A stretch of DNA of 24,000 nt from Mycobacteriales bacterium (GTDB taxonomy: Bacteria > Actinomycetota > Actinomycetes > Mycobacteriales > CAJCIY01), in contig DASYGP010000128.1 of assembly GCA_035999615.1 (NCBI GenBank), forward strand, positions 1 to 24,000, in the 5' to 3' direction. This document shows, in pieces, positions 17,217-24,000 of this stretch. A program made the position numbers and the translations under genes. Position 1 is the first letter of the stretch; every line of letters starts with the position of its first letter. The notes under the pieces are model-generated. The model was not told the origin of the DNA. It worked only from the letters and a program-made list of their open reading frames with translations, and did not search any database.

Positions 17217-19468
17217 GCCTCGCCGCAGCCATTTCCCCCGCCGACACCGTCGACGAAGCGACGAAAACCCCGCAGCTGCAGCAGCCGTATGCCGACCTCG
17301 GTCTCGCCGCCGACGAATACGACCGCATCCGCGAGGTCCTCGGCCGCCGGCCCACCGAGTGCGAACTCGCGATGTACAGCGTGATGTGGTCCGAGCATTG
17401 CTCCTACAAGTCCAGCCGGGTGCACCTGCGCCAGTTCAGTGACCTGCCGCACAGCGAACGCCTCCTCGCCGGGATCGGGGAGAACGCCGGCGTCGTTGCC
17501 GTCTCCGATGACCTCGCCGTCACCTTCAAGGTCGAGAGTCACAATCACCCCAGCTACGTCGAGCCGTACCAGGGCGCAGCCACCGGCGTGGGCGGCATTG
17601 TCCGGGACATCCTCGCTATGGGCGCCCGTCCGATCGCGGTGATGGACAGCCTCCGCTTCGGCGACATCGACCATCCCGATACCGCCCGATTGCTCCCCGG
17701 GGTGGTGGCCGGCGTCGGCGGTTACGGAAACTGCCTGGGCCTACCCAACATCGGCGGGGAGATCGCCTTCGATCCCAGCTACAACGGCAATCCGCTGGTC
17801 AACGCCCTGTGCCTGGGCGTGCTGCCCCGAGCCCGGCTGCAGACCTCCAAGGCCTCCGGCGTCGGCAATCAGGTCATCCTGTTCGGCGCCCGAACCGGCC
17901 GCGACGGGATCGGCGGCGTGAGCGTCCTGGCCTCGGCGACCTTCGATGAGGGCGGCCCGGCCAAGCGACCTGCGGTGCAGGTGGGCGACCCGTTCACCGA
18001 AAAGGTGCTGACCGAATGCACCCTGGAAATGTACGAACGCGGCCTGGTCGTGGGTATTCAGGACCTCGGCGGCGCCGGCTTCACCTGCGCCATCAGCGAG
18101 ACCGCCGCCGCAGGTGGCCAGGGGATGCGGGTGCTGCTCGACAGCGTGCCGCTGCGCGAAGCCTCGATGCAGCCCTTCGAGGTGCTGTGCAGCGAGTCGC
18201 AGGAGCGCATGCTCGCGATCGTCGAACGCGCCGACGTGGACGAGGTGCTCGCGTTGTGCCGGCGCTGGGGCGTGCTCGCCACCGTCGTCGGCGAGGTTAC
18301 GGGTACCGGGCGGCTGATCGTCGACTGGCACGGCGAGACCGTCGTGGACGTGCCACCCGGATCGCTGGCCGAGCAGGGGCCGGTCTACCACCGACCGTTG
18401 GCCCGCCCTGTCGGGCAGGACGCGCTGCAGGCCGACTCCGCCGAGACGTTGCCGCGCCCGCGCGACCTGCGCGCCGAGGTGCTGCGGCTGATCAGCGCGC
18501 CGAACAACGCCTCCGCCCGGTGGGTCACCGACCAGTACGACAGGTACGTGCAGCACAACACGGTGCTGGCGATGCCCGAGGACGCGGGCGTGGTCCGGAT
18601 CACCGGCGAAGGGCTGGGCGTCGCGCTGTCGCTCGACGGGCCCGGCCGGTTCGCCGCCCTCGACCCGTACGCGGGCGCGCAGCTGGCCCTCGCCGAGGCG
18701 GCCCGCAATGTCGCGACCACGGGCGCCGTCCCGGTGGCCGTCACCAACTGCATGAACTTCGGTTCCCCGGAGGACCCGGCGGTGATGTGGCAGTTCGCCG
18801 AGGCGGTCCGCGGCCTCGCGGACGGCTGCCGCGAGCTGGGTCTGCCCGTCACCGGCGGCAACGTCAGCTTCTACAACCAGACCGGGGACGTGGCGATCAA
18901 TCCGACCCCGGTCGTGGGGGTGCTCGGCGTGATCGACGATGTCCGCCGCGGCACCTCCCTGGCATTCGCCGAGGACGGCGACGTGCTGCTGCTGCTGGGA
19001 ACCACCGGCCCGGACCTGTCCGGTTCGGACTGGGCCTGGACGGCGCACCGGCACCTGGGCGGATTGCCGCCGGCGATCGACTGGGCCGCGGAGCGGGCCC
19101 TGCAGCAGTTGCTGGTGACAGCCGCCCGGGAGGGACTGCTCACCGCCGCGCACGACCTGTCCGGGGGTGGCCTCATTCAGGCCGTAGTCGAGTCATGCCT
19201 GCGCGGGGGCCGCGGGGCGCAGTTGGCCGCCGAGCCCGGGACCGACCCGTTCGTGTTCTTGTTCAGCGAGTCCGCCGGGCGCGTGGTGTGCGCCCTGCCC
19301 CCGCGAGGCGAGCAGCGCCTGCTCGACCTGTGCACGGCGAATGGGCTGCCGGCGCGCCGGATCGGGACCGTCGGTGGCTCGAGCCTCGACATCGACGGCG
19401 TCGGCGCCATCGACCTGGACGAGTTGCGCGCCGCCCATGAGGGAACCCTGCCGGCGCGGTTCGGCTGA
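17213..19468 (+). CDS. purL: Phosphoribosylformylglycinamidine synthase subunit PurL
   Basis: 751 aa. The ATG overlaps the purQ stop (ATGA). [11 protein letters not shown]...[10 protein letters not shown]...VGDPF are PurL signatures. Confidence 0.97.
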   Translation: MSLAAAISPADTVDEATKTPQLQQPYADLGLAADEYDRIREVLGRRPTECELAMYSVMWSEHCSYKSSRVHLRQFSDLPHSERLLAGIGENAGVVAVSDDLAVTFKVESHNHPSYVEPYQGAATGVGGIVRDILAMGARPIAVMDSLRFGDIDHPDTARLLPGVVAGVGGYGNCLGLPNIGGEIAFDPSYNGNPLVNALCLGVLPRARLQTSKASGVGNQVILFGARTGRDGIGGVSVLASATFDEGGPAKRPAVQVGDPFTEKVLTECTLEMYERGLVVGIQDLGGAGFTCAISETAAAGGQGMRVLLDSVPLREASMQPFEVLCSESQERMLAIVERADVDEVLALCRRWGVLATVVGEVTGTGRLIVDWHGETVVDVPPGSLAEQGPVYHRPLARPVGQDALQADSAETLPRPRDLRAEVLRLISAPNNASARWVTDQYDRYVQHNTVLAMPEDAGVVRITGEGLGVALSLDGPGRFAALDPYAGAQLALAEAARNVATTGAVPVAVTNCMNFGSPEDPAVMWQFAEAVRGLADGCRELGLPVTGGNVSFYNQTGDVAINPTPVVGVLGVIDDVRRGTSLAFAEDGDVLLLLGTTGPDLSGSDWAWTAHRHLGGLPPAIDWAAERALQQLLVTAAREGLLTAAHDLSGGGLIQAVVESCLRGGRGAQLAAEPGTDPFVFLFSESAGRVVCALPPRGEQRLLDLCTANGLPARRIGTVGGSSLDIDGVGAIDLDELRAAHEGTLPARFG

Positions 19469-19481
19469 CCGAACCCGCTTC

Positions 19482-20213
19482 GTGCCCCGACGCCCCGCCC
19501 TCGACGCCGTCCGCGACGCCCTGGTAGCCCAGTGGGAGCAGCTGGTGGCCACCTTCGCCGGCGCCGATCCGGACGCCGCCACCCGCTGCCCTGATCACTC
19601 GGTCCGGCAGCTGGAACACCTGCTCGTGGCTCGACTGGATGCGCTGGTCGGCGCGCTCGCCGCCCCGGCCCCGCCTCGCCCCGACAGCGACGTCAGCGCG
19701 TGGAGCTCAGGGGCTGCGCTGCGACGAGCCGCGGAACCGGCCGCCGGGCCAGACCGGCCGGCCCTCCTGCCCCAGGCGGTGGCCGCGGCGATCGGCGCGC
19801 TGGCCGGGGTGCCGGACCGCGTCGTGCAGGAACCGGCGGGAGCGCTGCGGCTCAGCGATGCGCTGCTCACCCGGATCGTGCAGGCAGTGGTCCTCGCCCG
19901 GGATCTGCCGGGTACGGCGCAGCCGGTCGTGGCCGCCGAACGGCTCGCGGTGCGGGCCCTGGCGGGGATCCTCGCCGAGCGGCACCCCGGGCGCAGCGTC
20001 GAGTTGCGGATCCCGCCGTACGTGGCGGTGCAATGCATCCCCGGCCCGCGGCACACCCGCGGTACCCCACCCAACGTGGTCGAAGCCGCCCCGGCCGTCT
20101 TTCTGGATCTGGCCGTGGGCCGGACCGGCTTCGCGGCGGCGGTCGCGGCCGGCGCGGTCCGGGCGTCCGGAGCCCGTACCGACCTCAGCGGCGTACTGCC
20201 GGTCCTCCAGTGA
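19482..20213 (+). CDS. Sterol-carrier (SCP2-like) family protein with an extended N-terminal region
   Basis: The C-terminal ~110 aa ([29 protein letters not shown]...FLDLAVGR...[17 protein letters not shown]) match my recollection of the small actinobacterial protein found between purL and purF. GTG 19482 is the first in-frame start after the purL stop, and the true start is uncertain. Confidence 0.6.
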   Translation: MPRRPALDAVRDALVAQWEQLVATFAGADPDAATRCPDHSVRQLEHLLVARLDALVGALAAPAPPRPDSDVSAWSSGAALRRAAEPAAGPDRPALLPQAVAAAIGALAGVPDRVVQEPAGALRLSDALLTRIVQAVVLARDLPGTAQPVVAAERLAVRALAGILAERHPGRSVELRIPPYVAVQCIPGPRHTRGTPPNVVEAAPAVFLDLAVGRTGFAAAVAAGAVRASGARTDLSGVLPVLQ

Positions 20214-20301
20214 GCCGCGCCGGCCGCGAGGCGCGTCCCGTAGACTCGCCAACGACCCGCGCGTCTTCCCCGCCCGCCCCGCTCGACCAGGAGCTGACTG
20301 C

Positions 20302-21831
20302 GTGACAGACCCGGCGACCGACCTGCCGTTCGACGACGGCGGCGAGCAGGCCCCCCGCGAAGAGTGCGGCGTGTTCGGGGTATGGGCGCCCGACGAGGAC
20401 GTCGCGAAGCTCAGCTACTACGGCCTGTACGCGCTGCAGCACCGCGGCCAGGAGGCCGCCGGGATCGCGGTCAGCGACGGCACCACCGTCGTCGTCTACA
20501 AGGATCTCGGCCTGGTCGCGCAGGTCTTCGACGAGTCCACGCTGGAAACGCTGCGCGGGCACCTCGCCGTGGGCCACACGCGTTACTCCACCACCGGGGG
20601 CTGCACCTGGGAGAACGCGCAACCCTCGTTCCGCTCGACCAGCACCGGCGGCGGGATCGCGCTCGGGCACAACGGCAACCTGACCAACACCGCGGACCTG
20701 GCCCGCCGGGTGGCCCGCACCGGTCAGGCGAAGGACCTGATGGGCTCGACCACCGACTCGGATCTGGTGACCAGCCTGCTCGCCGCCCAGCCGGACCTGT
20801 CCCTGGAGGCGGCGGCCCTCGACGTGCTGCCGCTGCTGCGCGGCGCGTTCAGTTTCGTGTTCATGGACGAGCACACCCTTTACGCCGCCCGCGACGGACA
20901 TGGCGTGCGCCCGCTCGTCCTGGGGCGGCTGGAGCGCGGCTGGGTCGTCGCCAGTGAGACCGCCGCACTGGACATCGTGGGTGCCAGCTTCGTGCGGGAG
21001 GTCGAGCCCGGCGAGCTGCTCGCGATCGACGAGCACGGCGTGCGCAGCCACCGGTTCGCCGAGGCCACGCCGCACGGGTGCCTGTTCGAATACGTGTACC
21101 TGGCCCGGCCGGACACCACCATCGCCGGGCGGAACGTGCACAGCACCCGGGTCGAGGTCGGGCGGGTGCTCGCCCGGGAGGCCCCCGCAGAGGCGGACCT
21201 GGTGATTCCGGTGCCCGAGTCGGGCACGCCGGCGGCGGTCGGCTTCGCCGAGGAGAGCGGCATCCCCTACGGGCTCGGGCTGGTCAAGAACTCCTACGTG
21301 GGCCGCACGTTCATCCAACCCAGCCAGACGATCCGGCAGCTGGGTATCCGGCTCAAACTCAACCCGTTACGCGAGGTCCTGCGGGGCAAGCGCATCGTGG
21401 TCGTGGACGACTCCATCGTGCGGGGCAACACCCAGCGGGCGCTCGTGCGCATGCTGCGCGAAGCGGGCGCCACCGAGGTGCACGTGCGGATCTCCAGCCC
21501 GCCGGTCACGTGGCCCTGCTTCTACGGCATCGACTTCGCTTCCAAGGCTGAGCTCGTGGCAAGCGGCCTGACGGTCGAGCAGATCCGCGCCATCATCGGC
21601 GCGGACTCGCTCGCGTATGTCTCGCTCGACGGTCTGGTCGGCGCCTCCCGCCAGGCCCGGGACCAGCTGTGCACCGCCTGCTTCTCCGGCGTCTACCCGA
21701 TTGCGCTGCCCGACGCGGATCCGGTCGGCAAGCACGTGCTGGAAGGGATCGAACGCGGGGTCCTGGATCACGCGCCCACCGCACCGATGATCGGCGGGCT
21801 CGGCGCCGCCGACGCGTTGCTCCGGCCATGA
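20302..21831 (+). CDS. purF: Amidophosphoribosyltransferase
   Basis: AGGAG at 20290-20294 precedes GTG 20302. A propeptide is followed by CGVFGVW (the N-terminal nucleophile Cys), and the PRPP loop is VVVDDSIVRGNT. The ORF-track start at 19639 is an extension. Confidence 0.95.
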   Translation: MTDPATDLPFDDGGEQAPREECGVFGVWAPDEDVAKLSYYGLYALQHRGQEAAGIAVSDGTTVVVYKDLGLVAQVFDESTLETLRGHLAVGHTRYSTTGGCTWENAQPSFRSTSTGGGIALGHNGNLTNTADLARRVARTGQAKDLMGSTTDSDLVTSLLAAQPDLSLEAAALDVLPLLRGAFSFVFMDEHTLYAARDGHGVRPLVLGRLERGWVVASETAALDIVGASFVREVEPGELLAIDEHGVRSHRFAEATPHGCLFEYVYLARPDTTIAGRNVHSTRVEVGRVLAREAPAEADLVIPVPESGTPAAVGFAEESGIPYGLGLVKNSYVGRTFIQPSQTIRQLGIRLKLNPLREVLRGKRIVVVDDSIVRGNTQRALVRMLREAGATEVHVRISSPPVTWPCFYGIDFASKAELVASGLTVEQIRAIIGADSLAYVSLDGLVGASRQARDQLCTACFSGVYPIALPDADPVGKHVLEGIERGVLDHAPTAPMIGGLGAADALLRP

Positions 21832-22892
21832 GCCCGCGCGGGATGGGGAAACAGGGCGAGGCCTCATACGCCGTTGCCGGGGTCGACATCGCACGCGGCG
21901 AGCGAGCGGTCGAGCTGATGAAAGCGTCGGTCGCCCGGGCCAGCCGGCCCGAGGTGCTCGGCGGTCTCGGCGGGTTCGCCGGGCTGATGCGCCTGGATCT
22001 AGACCGCTGGACCCGCCCGGTGCTGGCCGCGTCCACCGACGGGGCCGGCACCAAGACGGCGATCGCCCGTGCCCTGGGCCGGCACGACACCATCGGCCAG
22101 GACCTGGTCGCGATGGTCGTCGACGACCTGGTCGTGTGCGGAGCCGAGCCGCTGCTGGTCCAGGACTACATCGCGGTCGGCCGACTCGAACCAGAGATCG
22201 TCGCCGAGATCGTCGCGGGCATTGCCGATGGCTGCCGGCTGGCCGGTGCCGCGCTGCTCGGGGGGGAAACCGCGGAACATCCGGGGCTGCTGCCACCCGG
22301 CGATTACGACGTCGCCGCGACCGCCGTCGGTGTCGTCGAGGCCGACGCGATCCTCGGACCGGAACGGGTGCGCCCCGGCGACGCGGTCGTTGCGATGGCG
22401 TCCTCGGGCCTGCACTGCAACGGCTACTCGCTGGTCCGCCACGTGCTGCGCGCCAGCGATACGGCCCTCAGCGCGAGATTCGGCGACACGACCCTCGGCG
22501 AGGAACTGCTCACCCCCACCCGGATCTACGCGCTGGATTGCCTGGCCGCGGCCGCCTCCCTGCCGGTACGCACGTTCGCCCACGTCACCGGAGGCGGCCT
22601 GGCCGGGAACCTGGGCCGGGTCATCCCGGCCGGGCTGATCGCGACGCTGGACCGGGCCAGCTGGCGGCCGTCGCCGATCTTCGACTGGGTCGCGGCGGCC
22701 GGTGGCATCGCGCCGGTGGAGATGGAACGGACCTTCAACATGGGTGTGGGCATGGTCGCCGTCATCGACCCGGCCGCCGCCGACGATCTGATCGGACTGC
22801 TCGCCGACCGCGGCGTGCCGGCCTGGAAAATCGGAACGGTCGGGGAGCAGGGCGGGCCGGTCCGGGCGATCCTGCGCGGAGAACACCCGTAA
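21828..22892 (+). CDS. purM: Phosphoribosylformylglycinamidine cyclo-ligase (AIR synthase)
   Basis: The ATG overlaps the purF stop (ATGA). SYAVAGVDI...GLGGFAGL...STDGAGTK...DYIA are PurM signatures. Confidence 0.95.
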   Translation: MSPRGMGKQGEASYAVAGVDIARGERAVELMKASVARASRPEVLGGLGGFAGLMRLDLDRWTRPVLAASTDGAGTKTAIARALGRHDTIGQDLVAMVVDDLVVCGAEPLLVQDYIAVGRLEPEIVAEIVAGIADGCRLAGAALLGGETAEHPGLLPPGDYDVAATAVGVVEADAILGPERVRPGDAVVAMASSGLHCNGYSLVRHVLRASDTALSARFGDTTLGEELLTPTRIYALDCLAAAASLPVRTFAHVTGGGLAGNLGRVIPAGLIATLDRASWRPSPIFDWVAAAGGIAPVEMERTFNMGVGMVAVIDPAAADDLIGLLADRGVPAWKIGTVGEQGGPVRAILRGEHP

Positions 22893-22941
22893 CAGCCATC
22901 AACCCGGAAACGCGCTCATCCGAACGTAAGCCGCGTGGAAC

Positions 22942-23163
22942 TCACGAAGCGGCGGAACCGGCGCCCTCTTCTTCGTCCTCGTCGACGTACGCGGCATACG
23001 GATCATCCGCGCGCTCGTCCTCATCCGCGCGATGCGGATCCCCGCTGGCGGGGGAGGATGAGTGCAGATCCCGTTGCAGCCGGTTCAGGTCCATCCCAGG
23101 GCCGCTGTACTTCAGCTCCCGGGCGACCTTCGTCTGCTTGGCCTTGGCACGGCCGCGCCCCAT
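22942..23163 (-). CDS. DUF3073-family small protein (basic N-terminus, acidic tail)
   Basis: 73 aa from ATG 23163. MGRGRAKAKQTKVARELKYS is the conserved DUF3073 N-terminus as I recall it. GAGGGGG precedes the ATG. The 155-aa ORF-track entry is an upstream extension. Confidence 0.8.
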   Translation of the reverse strand: MGRGRAKAKQTKVARELKYSGPGMDLNRLQRDLHSSSPASGDPHRADEDERADDPYAAYVDEDEEEGAGSAAS

Positions 23164-23281
23164 GGCTCGACCCCCTCGACAATCTCGTCTCGGGGCGGAC
23201 CCCGGTGGTGGCTTCTCGTATCCAGAACAATACAGGAGCCGCCGGCCTGCGGAACTGCCGAACGGCGGGCGGCTTCGCCGC

Positions 23282-24000
23282 TCAGGGCAGCAGCAGCTGC
23301 CGAAGCCGCCCGACCTCGGCCATTCGACGCTCGGCGAGCCGGTCCGCTGCCACCGCCGGCGGCACGGCGGCCGCTTTCGCCTCCGCCAGCACCGCCTGGG
23401 TGGTCGCAAAAATACCCAATGCCCGGGCCCGGGCCCGCGGAAAGCTGAAGCCTTCGATCTCGTCCGCCACCTGGATCAGGCCGCCGGCGTTGACGACGTA
23501 GTCCGGGCAGTACAAGACCCCGCGGTCGGCCAGCTGCTTTTCGATACCGGCGTGAGCCAGCTGATTGTTCGCCGCGCCACACACCAGCTGGGCCTGCAGA
23601 CCGCCCACGACGGCCTCATCAAGAGCGCTGCCTAGCGCGCAGGGGGCATAGACGTCGAGCTCGGCGCTCGGCAGCGCCCGGACATCAAGGGCTTCGATCT
23701 CGGGATGGACCCGCTGGATCGCGGCGACCGCCGCCGCCGAGACATCGCCCACCACGACCCGGGCGCCGTCCTCGATCAGGTGCGCGACCAGGTGCCGGCC
23801 GACCTTGCCGACGCCACTGACGCCAACCCGCTTGCCGGCCAGCGACGGCCGGCCCCACACGGCAGCCGCGCCCGCCCGCATGCCCTGGAAGACCCCCAGG
23901 GCGGTCAGCACGCTGGAATCCCCGGCGCCCCCATGCTCCTCGGAGCGGCCCGTGACAAAACGGCACTCCCGGGCGACGACATCCATATCCGCCACGTACG
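23282..24000 (-). CDS. Leu/Val/Phe (Glu/Leu/Phe/Val family) amino-acid dehydrogenase, C-terminal part; 5' end lies outside the window
   Basis: It has a Rossmann [12 protein letters not shown] motif, CGAANNQL and [11 protein letters not shown]. The frame stays open to the window edge. Confidence 0.85.
   Translation of the reverse strand, partial: YVADMDVVARECRFVTGRSEEHGGAGDSSVLTALGVFQGMRAGAAAVWGRPSLAGKRVGVSGVGKVGRHLVAHLIEDGARVVVGDVSAAAVAAIQRVHPEIEALDVRALPSAELDVYAPCALGSALDEAVVGGLQAQLVCGAANNQLAHAGIEKQLADRGVLYCPDYVVNAGGLIQVADEIEGFSFPRARARALGIFATTQAVLAEAKAAAVPPAVAADRLAERRMAEVGRLRQLLLP

Noticed and set aside
17741-19440. 470-aa minus-strand and 474-aa plus-strand ORFs inside purL
   Set aside because: These are shadow or off-frame ORFs of purL with no independent start signals or domains.
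19639-20301. Upstream extension of the purF ORF, plus ORFs 19700..20305 and 19707..20252
   Set aside because: They are off-frame or antisense to the SCP-like gene. purF has its own AGGAG plus GTG at 20302, directly before the propeptide and catalytic Cys.
22136-23635. 499-aa plus-strand ORF
   Set aside because: It is off-frame within purM, then antisense to the DUF3073 and dehydrogenase genes, with Arg/Gly/Pro-rich composition.

Overview
High-GC (roughly 70% by eye) actinobacterial chromosomal window made mostly of core housekeeping genes. I see no transposase, integrase, CRISPR array, toxin-antitoxin pair or recognisable defence system. Left third: ROK-like gene tail, an Fpg/Nei DNA glycosylase translationally coupled to a degenerate GGDEF-domain protein, pyrE, then a minus-strand BlaI-type repressor / M56 protease / DedA unit facing uppP, followed by fbaA. 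Middle: an Rpf-type muralytic gene preceded by what reads as a c-di-AMP (ydaO-type) riboswitch, an alpha/beta hydrolase, a DUF3151 protein and a small helical hypothetical. Right half (10.4-22.9 kb): a very compact co-directional purine cluster, purA-purD-purE-purB-purC-purS-[RsbW-like kinase]-purQ-purL-[sterol-carrier-family protein]-purF-purM. It ends with a DUF3073 gene and a truncated Leu/Val dehydrogenase. The unexplained structure is mostly non-coding or at gene edges. It comprises an 11-copy 11-bp tandem array filling the pyrE upstream region, and an AT-rich 22-bp-arm inverted repeat plus a 9-bp repeat tract in the pyrE/dedA gap. There is also an 18-bp in-frame repeat inside the BlaI DNA-binding domain, a perfect 16-bp palindrome between blaI and uppP, and a triplicated 24-bp start-codon/SD unit at the purQ start. 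The most system-like candidates are the BlaI/M56/DedA/uppP lipid-carrier module and the kinase inserted in purS-purQ-purL. Both are hypotheses. All protein and RNA family assignments come from reading the translations and sequence by eye. No searches were run.
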